Notes: a model not told the origin generated them from the letters alone. A stretch of DNA of 64,000 nucleotides from the human T2T-CHM13v2.0 reference genome, Homo sapiens (GCF_009914755.1 NC_060926.1), one strand, 5' to 3'. Positions 12,786-31,619 are shown, counted from the stretch's first letter. Numbers and translations: made by a program.

Positions 12786-14620
12786 TTTCTACTTCCTCTA
12801 TTTGGTAAATTCTGTTTTTCTAAGACTTCGTTCTTTGAAGCAAATGTGTAAATGTATTGCTATAAAATTGTACATAATATCCTATTTTTTTATATCTGTA
12901 GTATCTATAGTGATGTTCTTTCTTACTTTCTGATCATATTTTGTGTGTGTGTCTCATGTCTGTTTTTATTCTTATTCTGTCCAAGGAGAGGTTTCTTAAC
13001 CTTTATAAGTCTTTTCAAAGTCTCAAGTTTCAGCTTTATTGATTTTTTTTTTTTTTACTGCCAGTTTCTTGATTTCATTGACTTAAGCACTATATTTCCT
13101 TCCCTCTACTTTTTTATGATTTAATTTGCTGTTCTTGAATGATTAGTTCATTGATCTTAGGCTTTCCTTTCTAATATATGAATTTAGATTATAAATTAGT
13201 GACTACAGCTTTAGATACATCTTCTATTTTGATATATATATATAGTATTTTGATTATCAGTTTAAAATATTTTTTAATCTTGATTTTTATTTCTCTTTGA
13301 ATCACAGATTCTATATTTTTTGTTCCTAATCATAAAGGGTATTTTTAAAAGTAATTTTGTTATTTTTGGCTAGCTTGATTCTACTGTGGATAATGAACAT
13401 GGAATCAGTTTTTTTAAGTTGTTAAGCCTTGTTTCATGGCCCAACATATGGTAAATTTTTATAAATGTTTCATATGCATTTGAAAATGAATCCTGTAATT
13501 CACAGGTACACATTTCTATAAAATCAGTTGGGTCCAATTTGTTAGCTATGTTAATCAGATCCTCTAGATCTTAATAATTTTATTGTCTGCCTATTCTATC
13601 AATAACTGAGAGAGTGTCTTAATATCCTCCACTACTTTGTGGATATTTCTATTTCCTTTGTTTCTGTCAATTTTTATTATCTATTTTGATGCTTTGTTAT
13701 TAGATGGATATTAATTTAGAATTGTATGTTTTCTTGGTGATTTGAATCTCTAACCTGATGAAATAACCCTCTTTATCTCCTTTCGTGCCTTTTGCCTCCA
13801 AGTCTACCTTGACTGATAACTAATATAGCTACACCAGCTTTCTTTTGTTTAATGTTGGCATTTTTCCATTTTTTACTGTCACCCTTACTGTATCCTTATA
13901 TTTATTGCCTGCAATCAGCATGTAATTAGGTTTTGTATTTATCTAGTTGCTATTTTTTATCTTAGTCCATTTACATTTAATGTTATTCTTGATATATTTG
14001 GCCCTATGCTTACCATCTTGTTAGTTTTATATTTGTCCTACCTGTTTTATAGTCCTTTTTTCTTTCCTTTTTGCTTCTTTTGGATTAAGCAAGTGATTTT
14101 TAAAATTTCATTTCCCATCTCTACTAGCTCTTTGGTTACCTGTCCTTTTATTGTTCATTTAATGGGTACCCTAGAAATTTTGTACATGTATCCTGACTTA
14201 CTCATTTGCTACCTAACGCAAGAGTACTAAACAGAAATTATTTTACTACCTCTGAAACTTTGCTGTTATGTATTCTAATCAAATATGTTTTTTTCTAAGT
14301 TCTGTCTTAAATGCAGTAAAGTGAATACATCTTAAATGTACAACTTAATTTTTACATATATATGCTCCCATGTAACACCACCTAGATCAAGATCTATTCT
14401 TTCTTAGCTTTTAATTGTTTGTGATTTTCTGAAGTTTCATTATGATATACATAGGTCTTGAGTTTCTTATTTATTCTGATTGAGATTAACTGGACTTCTT
14501 GATCACTGTAGGTTAATATCTTTCATCAGTTGTGGAAACCTGTCAGCTGGTATTTCACTTTTTGTTTCTATCTCATTCTCCCTTATCTTTCCGAGATCCC
14601 AGTTGAATGTATGTTAGAAC
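11990..14620 (-). mobile_element. Ancient L1M fragments, heavily degraded
   Basis: T-rich tract with reverse L1 ORF2-like motifs (ccatctgggcctgaagtt; atggcccaacatatgg; atatagctacaccagctttctttt); boundaries approximate. Confidence 0.6.
12730..12785. repeat. (GATA)n tetranucleotide STR, ~13-14 perfect units
   Basis: Direct reading. Confidence 0.95.
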
Positions 14621-15207
14621 TCTATTTGTTTACTAACTTGCCCAGTGCAGAAATTTTTTTCAGTAACTTAAGGTTATGAGAAATGTACTTTTCGTACAGG
14701 ATTTTTGGAGCTCACTAAAGGATTAGCTTAGCCACTGTAGATGAAAACTGGGAAGATACTAATTTAAATGCACATTGTAGACACATACAGAGAATGTCTC
14801 ATAAACTGTATAATTACTAAAAGGATAGCCACAATGAAAAATCTTAAACAGTAGTTTGGTTTATTTTCTTTAACCTGAAAGACTATTGGACAGCTCACTT
14901 TCTATAAAAATTGTAAATGTCGTTTTTTGTGGATTCGTAGAAAGAATTATAAAAAGTAGATTTCTACTATTAGGGAAAAACCATTTCTCAAGTTACTAAG
15001 TACAATTTTTTGCACTTAATATTTCTAAATTTATTAAGAAGTAATTTATAATATTAGAAATCTACTTTTTAACTTTGCTGTAGAACTAAGGCATGAAGTT
15101 TTAATTTTTTGGTAGAAAAATTGTGTTTTTAGCTAAGTAAAGCTCTAAATCCCTTTAACTTTTTGCCTCCCATTTACAACATGGTTTGTTGTTTCTTTCC
15201 ATTTTAG

Positions 15208-15345
15208 GATGGTCTTGTTAATGTAGGATGGATGGACTGTGCCACCCAGGATAACCTTTGTAAAAGCTTAGATATTACAACAAGTACTACTGCTTATTTT
15301 CCTCCTGGAGCCACTTTAAATAACAAAGAGAAAAACAGTATTTTG
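15208..15345 (+). CDS. DNAJC10: DNAJC10 exon 11 (138 nt, phase 0-0)
   Basis: ttttag|GATGGT ... ATTTTG|gtatga; DGLVNVGWMDCATQDNLC...KNSIL. Confidence 0.96.
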
Positions 15346-15711
15346 GTATGAATCACTTTAAACTAATTTATTTACATATAATGTGCAAACACCCTCAAAA
15401 ATAATACATTATTTTTGTAAGCAGTGAGCAAAGAAATGAACAATTTATATTGTCTGATTGTGGAACCCTTATTTAGAACACATACTTAATTTCTGAGATT
15501 CTTTTTAATACATGCTTCAAATTATAAAATTTAAGGATTATTTTTAAACTGACGATTACATTTCATTTAAAGTCATTACATCTTTACATTTAAAATTACC
15601 TTACATTTAAAACCATTATATTTTTAAACCCCAAAAGTATGGAGTACATTCCTGGGTTATACGAAAGAGCATTTATAGCATGAGTTTTCATTGTTTTCTA
15701 TTTAATTGTTT

Positions 15712-16008
15712 ATTTTGTTTTTTTTGAGATGGAATCTCACTCTTGTCGCCCAGGCTGTAGTGCAGTGGCGTGATCTCGGCTCGGTGCAACCTCTGCCTCC
15801 TGGGTTCAAGTGATTCTTCTGCCTCAGCCTCCTGAGTACCTGGGATTACAGGCGCCTGCCATCATGCCTGGCTAATTTTTGTACTTTTAGTAGAGACGGG
15901 GTTTCGCCATGTTGGCCAGGCTGGTCTTGAACTCCTGACCTCAGATGATCCGCCCATCTCGGCCTCCCAGAGAGCTGGGATTACAGGCGTGAGTCACCGC
16001 ACCTAACC
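15712..16008 (-). mobile_element. AluS
   Basis: Reverse Alu; TSD TAATTGTTTATTT. Confidence 0.94.
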
Positions 16009-17361
16009 TAATTGTTTATTTTCTAATGTTAAAAATATAGATCAGTGGTAGTTTTGGCTGGGGCCTAAGTATTTTTCTAAAGCACCCCGTGGGATTCTGG
16101 TGTAAACTCAGTTTTGACATCTTGTAATGTGGTATACCTCCTTAAGTTTGAGTGAGGAAACTGAAGCTCAATCTAGTTGTCAAGGAGCTAAGATAAATAG
16201 TGGGATATTGGATGGGTCACTACGGAATCCCAAAAGAAAGTAAGGACTGTGATAAGACAAATCTCCCTTAGTTTTCCCTCTGTACTTTAATTCTGCTTTT
16301 TTAGATGTTGATAAAGATAACATATACTCATTTCAGAAATTCATATATGGCACAGAGCTGTAAAAGAAGATGCAAAATTCCCTAAAACCAAATCACTAAT
16401 AGACAGCCACCATCAAATCTTGGTAAATACCCATCCAGATCTCTACTGAAATATATATGCAATTACGACTTTGTGCCAGCAATTCTCTAGTTTATACCTG
16501 TGACTCAAACCTCTGTTCTCCACTCCAGATGTATTATACACATGCACCTATACGTATATGTGTGGATGTGTGTGTGTGCTTGTGTATGTATATGTGTGTG
16601 TGTACATACTTACATATCACTGCTCATTCAATATCTTCCTTAGGATATTAGTCAGTGTCTCAAATTTAAATGCCTATAACCATATTCCCAATATCCCTCC
16701 ATAAATCTGCTTCATCCAGTTTTTTCCCATATTATTTGATGAAAACTCTGTCCTTTATTATTCAAGCCAAATGCCCTGGAGTTATTCTTGATTTCTCTTT
16801 TTCTCATACCTTATAACCAATTCATCAAGAAAATCTATGGCTTTATCTTTAAAATGTGTTTATACACATCAAATGGATGGATGGATACAGATACGTAATT
16901 TTTCATAAATGGGATTGCATAGTAGATTCTATTTTGTAATCTAGTTTTTTCACTCAGTGTATCAGGAAGATGCTTTCTTATTTAAAAAATGTACATTTTA
17001 TATGCATACTTTATCATTTTATAAATGAATATGTATACATTATCCTTGAAGTGATTAATGATCCCTGGATGGTAAGTCACTGACTAGATGTGACATACTT
17101 AGTTTAATCAGTTCTTTCTTGGTGTGTGTTTCTACTTTCTCAAGATGATAAGCAGTGTTGTAATGAGCAATCTTGTATCTTTATCCTTGTGCACTTTTTC
17201 AGTTATCTGTTTAGAATGGGAGCATTGTGGCCATTTTAAACTCAATTGGTATTGCCAGATTGCCCTCCGGAAAAGTTGTACTAGTTTATTCTGTGCCATC
17301 CGTCAACAAGGATTGCCTACACCCTGTCCAACAATAGAGCCTCTTGCCTTGAGTATTATAA

Positions 17362-17798
<437 letters not shown>

Positions 17799-18121
17799 GC
17801 ATTCAGGTTTTAAAAAATATAAAACAGTATGCCAGCTAAATATATCTGGTAGGTGGAATTCAGAGGCTAGATAAGACAGCAGTCCTTTATAGGTGTAACT
17901 AACAAATTCTCCTCTAACAGAAACAGGTTTATAATGAGATTCTAGTAGATTAAGCACTGCAAGTTTATATAGGCTGTGTAATAGGCATTTTAGTAAAAGT
18001 CTTCATAGTGAATAGGACTAAAGTGAATAAGATGTAGAACTGAGGCGTGAAAGATTTGTTATGGCATTTTAAGCTCTTTGATAGCAGGAACTATTTCATA
18101 TAGACCTCTAAGAATGTTTAT

Positions 18122-18220
18122 GATATATATATATATAGTATATATCATATATATTTATATATATTTATATATATAATATCTCATATATATTTATATATAT
18201 ATATATCTCATATATATATA
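18122..18220. repeat. Interrupted (TA)n tract
   Basis: Direct reading. Confidence 0.9.
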
Positions 18221-19255
18221 TTCAGTTTTAAGAAAAGAATCTTAGGGAAAAAACCTGAATTTTTATTCTTATGTTGTACCTATTATTTTTAGCCATATGT
18301 TTGTTCTCATGTCTAGCATGATTAAACTGTGGATTCCATGATTGTTCGTACAAGTTTTTAGTGAATTTTAGATCTTTCAAGTAATACTTAAACTGTTAAA
18401 CATAGATGGTTCATAATTAAAGACATATATTAAACTCTGTTTTGTCAACTTTCATATACATTTTCTTGATGTAACCATTGCTGCATTCTTTATAATAACA
18501 GCTGCTTCATTGAGAGAATCAGACCAGCAGAGAGAGAGAGTTATATGACAAAATATGCTGAGGATAAAATATTGACAAATAAAGAAGATTTGTTAGAAGG
18601 GCCTTTTATACTCGTTTGTGTTTTAAATAAGAGACTCGGGCCGAAAACAAGTTTAAGATAAGATCTGTATCATTGTATTTTACTCTAAAAACTCCTAAGT
18701 GGTTTGGTTTTTAGATGAAAACCTCTATAATGAGCAAAAGTCCATTCCAATTTTCCACTTCTAAGTTCCTCTTAATTAATCTTAATTATTGGTTGGGGAA
18801 TGAAGTGTCTTTGATAGTCTATTATTCTTCCTTCTAGTGTTATAAAAATTCTTAAGTGAATGTGTAAAACATTGGCATTCTGTAAAACATGATTAGCATT
18901 AAAATTAAGCTAAAGATAATGTGGTTTTTCTTGATGATTGGGAGGTCACTCAGGATTTTTCTGAGCATTTTTATAGAATACACATCATAGTTAATTAAAA
19001 ATTCCAGTTAATGCAACATCTTATAATGGGATTTATTGTATATCACTATTTAAGAAACAGCTTAGTTATATAATATTTTTGATAATTGCCAAAATACACT
19101 TTTTTTGAAAAAAGACATTTGGAATTGTTTGAAAAACTATTTACCTTCTATAATCATTTTCCTAAAAATACTACATTGGAAATTGAAAAAACAAAAGATA
19201 TCAAATATAATGAATATTTATTCAAAAAGATTACAATGTGATTTTCTTTTTCTAG

Positions 19256-19345
19256 TTTCTCAACTCATTGGATGCTAAAGAAATATATTTGGAAGTAATA
19301 CATAATCTTCCAGATTTTGAACTACTTTCGGCAAACACACTAGAG
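19256..19345 (+). CDS. DNAJC10: DNAJC10 exon 12 (90 nt)
   Basis: tctag|TTTCTC ... CTAGAG|gtaatg; FLNSLDAKEIYLEVIHNLPDFELLSANTLE. Confidence 0.96.
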
Positions 19346-19749
19346 GTAATGTTTTTATTAATAATGATAAGTAGCAATGAATGTTCGTAACATTTCAGGT
19401 CTTAACATTTTAAAATTAGCATTTGTTTTATTCATCTCTAGAGAGAATTGAAAGTAGCAGTTTCAAAGGATTATATATTAGTCAATTGTAGGTTAAATTC
19501 TAATTGGATATCTGGTGTTGCTAATTCAGGATGGATCTGTAGTTCTGGAAAACCTACTCAGTCCTGAAGGTGGGCTTCAAAAGGAACATCAGAAAAGGCA
19601 GAATTTTAATCAGAGCAACTTTGGGTCTGATTCATAACTTTTTGTTCTTGCTTACAGAACGGATTATATTGATTACTAAGAAGAAGTATTCAGTTTATGG
19701 ATAGAATGCTGAGAAATATTGCTTGTGGTAGAATCAGTTTTTTTTCCTA

Positions 19750-19831
19750 TTAGGTTGGTGCAAAAGTAATTGCAGTTTTTGCCATTTGAAAGTAGTGGCA
19801 AAAACCACAGTTACTTTTGCACAAAACCAAA
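19750..19831. mobile_element. MADE1 (Hsmar1-derived palindromic MITE)
   Basis: TA|TTAGGTTGGTGCAAAAGTAATTGC...TTACTTTTGCAC..|TA, ~80-bp palindrome. Confidence 0.93.
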
Positions 19832-20199
19832 TACTTCCTAACCACAGATCTTTTGAAGTCTGTATCACTACGAGATCTTATGTGCTAAGCCTGAAAAAGC
19901 TGACAACTTTGCCACCCAACTTTTTAGCTATATGCTGTTAAAATCATGTATTTGTTTTTGGCAGTCATCTACTTTAAGATTTTATAATTTAGTGACTAAC
20001 CCTCCTGTAATATTTGTTGATTTTACATAGCATTATTCTAAGTAAACTACAAAATAAGAGAATGAGTGGGTCCGAATTTTAGACAGTATTTTGAAATAAT
20101 GGGTAGGGGAGCTAAAACTAACTTCAAGTCATAGAAATGAAGATTAGAACCCTTAGAATTTCCCATCTCTGACATTTTGTTTTCTTTATCACTTTTAAG

Positions 20200-20313
20200 G
20201 ATCGTTTGGCTCATCATCGGTGGCTGTTATTTTTTCATTTTGGAAAAAATGAAAATTCAAATGATCCTGAGCTGAAAAAACTAAAAACTCTACTTAAAAA
20301 TGATCATATTCAA
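20200..20313 (+). CDS. DNAJC10: DNAJC10 exon 13 (114 nt)
   Basis: ttaag|GATCGT ... ATTCAA|gtaaga; DRLAHHRWLLFF...NDHIQ. Confidence 0.96.
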
Positions 20314-21144
20314 GTAAGAAAAATGTATTCTGCCTAGCCTTCTGCTGGTGTACTTTGTTGTTAATTTAATGCATATAATTAAATTTTAAATAACATAAAA
20401 ACTCTTATTTGAAATTATAAGAAGCCTATAAGTGCTTTTAGTCTTGGTTTGTGCTTGCTTTTCCTCTTTTTTATTAAAAGTTTATATGTAATCTGAAAGT
20501 GGTTAATTTTCACTTATTTTGGCATTTGATAAACCTGTATCATACAATTTTTCTGGAATGCATACTGTAGGAGGTTATCTTTCCATTTTTTAAATTCTTA
20601 TTTCTTTATATAAGTAATTCTTGGTCGTTGTTTAAAAATCAGGACAATAAATAAGTACAAAAATAAAGCAATTATCTAAAAAAATCACCCATACTCTTAA
20701 CATTGTTCATAACCCTGCTATGTATTTACTCTATATAACCATTTAAACATTTTGTGAGTGCCCATATGCATATGTAGGCATATGTATATGTGTGCACATG
20801 CATACATATTGTAATGGCCATTGTAATAGACATACACGTGTAAATTTATATGTCTGTGTTTTAATCAAAATGGATTCACTGTATGCTTTTTTTTTTAACT
20901 TCTGTCATACAACAATATCATAAACTTTTTCACAGACCTGTAAAAATGCATATATATTTATATGGATATAAAATCTCTATATCCATGTACACATGTATAT
21001 CCTCCTTATTCCCTAAAGGCTACATAGTGGCTTACTATATGGTTATGCCATAATTGTTTAGGAAATCCTCTCTTACTGATTTTATGTTGTTTCCTTTATT
21101 TTTTATATCAAACGATGCAGAACTTGTCTTTAATATGGGAAATT

Positions 21145-21446
21145 TTCTTCTCTTTTCTTTTGAGACAGAGTCATTCTGTCACCCAGGCTGGAGTTCAGTG
21201 GCGTGCTCTTGACTCACTGCAACCTCAGCCTCATGGGTTCAAGTGATTCTGGGTTCCAGTGATTCCCTCCAGAGTAGCTGGGACTACAGGCGCATGCCAC
21301 CAAGTCCGGCTAATTTTTGTACTTTTAACAGAGACTGGATTTCTCCATATTGGCCAAGCTGGCCTCGAACTCCTGACCTCAGGTGATCCACCCACCTCAG
21401 CCTCCCAAAGTGCTGGGATTACAGGCGTGAGCCACCACACCTGGCC
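21145..21446 (-). mobile_element. AluS
   Basis: Reverse Alu; TSD ATGGGAAATTTT. Confidence 0.92.
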
Positions 21447-21729
21447 ACATGGGAAATTTTCAACTCAAGGTTATGTTTTCTTAAATGGTTTTTATTCTCA
21501 TTACTAGAGTCCTCCAGAAAGTTTTATCAGTTTATAATCTCACTGACAGCACGTGAGTGGCCATTTCTCCACGCTGTGCCCACCATGGTACTATCGTTCT
21601 TTATAATCTTCACAATTCCGATAGGCCACAAGTGATATGTTAACAATATTCACTTTCATTTAATTGCTTTCAACTGGTCGGGGAAAAATACTTTTTCATG
21701 ATTATTAACAAATCATAATTGTTCTCTAG

Positions 21730-22296
<567 letters not shown>

Positions 22297-22554
22297 TAGG
22301 TTTCTGGAATAACTTCATATTTTCTTGGGAATTCCTCAGGTTTTTTTTAACTCTCTAGGAAGCATTTTTTTAACTAAATTGAGTCTTAATATTAAATGTA
22401 AATGAATTATTTCTGTCTCTTATTTTCGTAGCCTATTAGCTTCTGTTTAAAAACTGTGTCATTAGGGCAGTGCCATTTTTGGATTATCATGAATATTTAC
22501 AAATCAAATGGGTAAGACAGTGTTTTTATCAAATTTGACCTTTTTCTCCTTTAG

Positions 22555-22669
22555 GTTGGCAGGTTTGACTGTTCCTCTGCACCAGACATCTGTAGTAATC
22601 TGTATGTTTTTCAGCCGTCTCTAGCAGTATTTAAAGGACAAGGAACCAAAGAATATGAAATTCATCATG
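22555..22669 (+). CDS. DNAJC10: DNAJC10 exon 14 (115 nt)
   Basis: tttag|GTTGGC ... CATG|gtaaga; VGRFDCSSAPDIC...EYEIHH. Confidence 0.96.
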
Positions 22670-23569
22670 GTAAGAATGGAAAAAAATGATAAAAAAAAAC
22701 TTAGCTTCATTTTCAAATAGAAGTTTTCTAATTGTGCTTTTTAAACTTATTTTTTACGGACATGCTTATTGTAAATAACTTTTCTCAGTAAATATGAGGA
22801 CAGATATTTTGAATTATATGTAGTCACTTTATTCTCTTTACCCTTCTTTTTAACATAAATGCCTTTTCTCTATTCAGTATTTTGATCAGGATTTCTGGTG
22901 ATAAGTCAAGCTAGTGAGAAATTTAAGTCCTGCTTGTTTGCAAAAGTAAGCAACACCTGCAGTTTATATTCCAGCTTGCCATGTGTATCATCTCAGCCAT
23001 TATAGGCAATTTCCAAACATTCTTTTGGATGTTTCTCCCACTAGACTTCCAGACTTCTTCATTAACTGCCTTGTTATCTTTCTTGCATTTATAATTTTAT
23101 TTCAGCTTATTTGGGACTTTAGCTCTGCATTCATGTGAGTGCAGTCTCAATTCCAAGAGTTTGGACTACAGCAGAGTCCTTGTCCTGAAAGAGGTCAAAT
23201 ATAGCAAAAGAAACACACAGACTACCAACTACCATGCAGTTAAGTGAACAACAGATACCGATGAAATGCCCATTAGCACCTAGCACTGCTTTCAATGTTG
23301 AGGATATAAATTTGTAAGACATGAACTCCTTCAAGAAGTTTAAAATAGTGTAGCGGGGAACAGAGGAGGGAGATCCATAAGAAAACAAAAAATACTTTAA
23401 TGGTCATTGTATATTAATGACAACAAGATCAAATAGATTTCTGCATAGTAGAGGTCAAGAAGTGGTATTTGAATTGAGCATAAAGTGCTCAATTTCCCCA
23501 AGCAACTATAGGGGAAAAGAAGTGAGACCTCTAGGCTGGAGGAACTTTGGGGTAAGATAACCCTCACAG

Positions 23570-23800
23570 TAACTACTGTTTATTCACTGCTGTCTCCAAG
23601 TCTGACATTCTGCCAGAAGCCTTGCATACGTGATTCATTTTTATCTTTACAACAGCCCAGTGAAGGAGAAAATGGAGACTCAGAAAGGTTAAGTAACTTG
23701 CCCTATGACAGACATACTAGAAACTAGCCATGGTAGATTTTGAATCCAAATTTGTCTGACTCCAAAACCTAGGCTAATAGCCGTTAAACTATACCATGCA
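23570..23800 (-). mobile_element. MIR
   Basis: gagactcagaaaggttaagtaacttgccc core motif. Confidence 0.65.
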
Positions 23801-24676
23801 CTAAAAGTGCTAGAAATGACTAAGTTTTAATAATGGAATAATACTCTTTTTTATCTCTGAAATAGTTCTCAGACCCCCCCTCTTCTCTTCTCTGTGCTTA
23901 CTGCTTTGTTTCAGGCCCATCATCGCCTTCATCTATGATAGTATTATCCTCTGGGAGGATTGCTTATCTCCTAGCCTTTCTTCCTTAAAATCAATTCCTT
24001 GTTGTGTTTGCAGTTATTACCCATTCTTGTGTCACTTTTCTGCCTTGACTTACCTTATTTCTTATAGCATAAGCGTCAGATTCCTTAGCATAGAAGCAAT
24101 AATCTCATCTGTTTTGCTCACTGCTCTATCTCCAGCACCTAGAATGGTGTCTGGCACATAGTAAGAACTCAGGAAATGTTTGTTAAGTGGATAGGGTATG
24201 TTCACAGTCTGGCTCTGCCAGTTTTTCCAGTCTTAATTCCCACTGCTGCCCCTCCAGATAGTCTTAGCTCCAGCTACCTTTGGATGTTTGTGAATGCCAT
24301 GTTCTTTCACTCCTCTGTGCCTTCACACGATTTTTCCTCCTGCATTATAATCACTCCTTCCTGTTCCACAGAATATTTAGCAAACTCCAAATTGCCTTTC
24401 AAAACTTAAAGCAGCTTCTTCCCTGGAAAATATATTATGAATCTCCAAGCACTTCCTTTTATGTGCTCTTACTAACTTTGTAATAGAACTTACATTGTTT
24501 CTTTGGATTAAAATAGTTATTGAGCATCTGCATGTACCAGGTACAGTACTGAGGAATAGGAAAAAATGTGAACTATACTTAGTAATCTCTAATACAAAGA
24601 ACATTGTGGACTATTAGGGAAAACAGACAAGTAAATTAACAAATTTTTATTTTTTTTTTTTTATGGACAAGTTTTT

Positions 24677-28645
<3,969 letters not shown>

Positions 28646-28679
28646 TTTATGGACAAGTTTTTAAAAGTGTTTGCAGTGG

Positions 28680-29010
28680 AGAGTATTTATTGTCTATTGC
28701 TTAGTAGTAAATTACCCCAAAACTCAGTGGTTTAAAACAAACATGTATTAATTCACAGTTTTTCGTGGTCAGGAATCTGAGAAAAATTTAGCTGGGTAGT
28801 TCCAGACACGGATTTTCTCATGAGGTTGCATTCAAAATATGCAAGGGCTGTGGTCATCTGAAGTCTAGACTGGCTACAGGGTCTGGTTCCAAGCTTACGT
28901 TTGTGATTGTCAGGAGGCCTAAGTTCCTCACTGGCTGTTGGCAGAGGCCTCAGTTCCTCATCATGTGGGCCTTTGTAGGGCTGCTCTCAATATGGTAGCT
29001 AGCTTCTGTG
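28680..29010. mobile_element. MLT1-type MaLR LTR fragment
   Basis: aaattaccccaaaactcagtggtttaaaacaa...ggtcaggaatctg motif. Confidence 0.6.
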
Positions 29011-29479
29011 ATAGTAACAGAGATGAAGAGAAGTAGATTTGTAAAAGACCAAGAATGCAAAGTCAGTATTACTTGGTGACTGATGAGATGTGTGGGAGGT
29101 CAAGAGAGAGAGAGAGAGTCAAGAATAATACCTATGTTTCTGACTTGACGAAATTGCAGTTGAGTGATTGTACCGTTCAATGTAAGTGGACTGTGGTAGC
29201 AATGTAGAAAATGGATTAGTTAAGGAAGACTGGGTGAAGAAACACTAGCTAGGTTATTGCAGAAGGCCAGACTGAGTTCAGGCAGTAGCAATGGGTTGGA
29301 AATGGTAAGAGATGGAATGGATAGAATTATTATGATACAGGGCAGAGAAAGAAGTCAAGGCTCACTTTGGGGAATTATATTTAGGCACCTAGTGGATAAT
29401 TATGTTATTGCCAAGATAAGGATGGTGAGAAAAGGAGCAGGTTTGGAGGAAAATAACACAGCCTCAATTTGAATATATT

Positions 29480-29868
29480 GCCATGTGTCAACGACAGAGA
29501 CATCTTCTGAGAAATGTGTCATTAGGAGATTTCATCCTTGTACAAACATCAGAGAGTGTACTTAAAAAAAACTAGATGGTATAGTCCACTACACATCTAG
29601 GCTATACAGTATAGCCTATTGCTCTTAGGCTACATCTGTACAATGTGTTACAATGTACTGAATACCATAAGCAACTGTAACACAGCGGTAAGAGTTTGTG
29701 TATCTAAATGTATCTAAACATAGAAAAGGGGTAATGTGTTGCACTACAGAGTTACAACAGCCACACCATCACTGAGCCATAGGAATTTTTCAGCTCCATT
29801 ATAATCTTATGGGACCCCATCATATATGTGGTCCACCATTGCCTGAAATGTCATTATGCAGGACTGTA
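29480..29868 (+). mobile_element. Tigger3a/MER7A-like MITE
   Basis: ttctgagaaatgtgtcattagg...aggaatttttcagctccattataatcttatgggacc. Confidence 0.8.
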
Positions 29869-30015
29869 TTGTGTTTGACGTGTTTACGTGATATCCAAGT
29901 ACAGTTTTTCACTGGGCAGTTGGTAATATGGGTTTTGAATTCATAAGAGAAGTCTAGGTTGTAGAAAATGATTTAGGAGTTAGGCCATAGTAATCACTGA
30001 AGTAAGCATAATTAA

Positions 30016-30391
<376 letters not shown>

Positions 30392-30615
30392 AATTTTGAC
30401 ATTTTTAACTAGTCCAGGAAACAGAAGAGTGTGCAAGAAAAGGGTGCTCCTATCAGAGCTAAGCCCTGTATAGTATACAGCACACTAAAACCTCACCAAA
30501 ATCAATTTGTTCATAATTTATCTTCTTTAGTATTCTGAGTATTAAAACTTTGAAATGTCTCTGTGCATACAAAAAGCAGAATTTGGATTTGAATTTCTCT
30601 CATTCACTTTGAAAG

Positions 30616-30743
30616 GAAAGAAGATTCTATATGATATACTTGCCTTTGCCAAAGAAAGTGTGAATTCTCATGTTACCACGCTTGGACCTCAAAATTTTCC
30701 TGCCAATGACAAAGAACCATGGCTTGTTGATTTCTTTGCCCCC
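30616..30743 (+). CDS. DNAJC10: DNAJC10 exon 15 (128 nt)
   Basis: gaaag|GAAAGA ... GCCCCC|gtaagt; KKILYDILAFAKES...WLVDFFAP. Confidence 0.96.
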
Positions 30744-31029
30744 GTAAGTTATTTTTATCTGTCAGATTCTAACATTGTCAGATCTTCTCCTGTTATGGCA
30801 AAAAGACATTTTCTAGATAACTTTGAATCATTAGTACAAAAACTGTGTCATTCCATTATGGCCACTAATGCATATTGCTTTTAAATGAGTGCTAATGTAA
30901 TTACTCCTCCAGGGAAGGTTTGCCGCTAAGTACAGTTTGTCTTACTTAGCATATTACTTGTTGCAGAAATGATGGGGGCGTTTTTTGTGTCATTTGGCTC
31001 GGTGCTTATGAATATTTTTTCTTTCCTAG

Positions 31030-31146
31030 TGGTGTCCACCATGTCGAGCTTTACTACCAGAGTTACGAAGAGCATCAAATCTTCTTTATGGTCAGCTTAA
31101 GTTTGGTACACTAGATTGTACAGTTCATGAGGGACTCTGTAACCTG
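31030..31146 (+). CDS. DNAJC10: DNAJC10 exon 16 (117 nt), Trx2 active site CPPC
   Basis: cctag|TGGTGT ... AACCTG|gtaagg; WCPPCRALLPELRR...HEGLCNL. Confidence 0.96.
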
Positions 31147-31619
31147 GTAAGGCAAAGTATCAAAAATTATTCTAATTAATTTTATAAAATGAAGACCTTT
31201 TGGCTGTTTATTATTAAAACATTAAAATAACTTAGAAATAATACATCTTCTATTTAGAGTAGTAACAAATTATTTAAACAAAATAATATTTTTAGAAAGT
31301 GGTATCAAATATGATTGGATTAAACCATGCATAGCTAATCAATGCATTGAATGTAAATAAGGTCTTATTTATCAAACTCAGGCAACTATTTTCATTAACT
31401 TCATAAAATGCTTATATGATTTTCCAATTATTGAAGATTGTTATATTTCTTTAATATTTTTGACATTTTATAATTTTTTTCCTTTGGCTTTCTTCATACT
31501 TCTAAGTATATTTGCTGGAAAGAAGTTAAAACAATGAACAAGCCTTTTGAAATCTTTGTTTAAATGAAATTATTTTCTCAGGTAAATATTCACTCCTCAG
31601 TTGCAGGAAGAACTAAAAA

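Noticed and set aside
18122-18220. (TA)n tract as a cruciform or fragile site
   Set aside because: Heavily interrupted; longest pure run is short.
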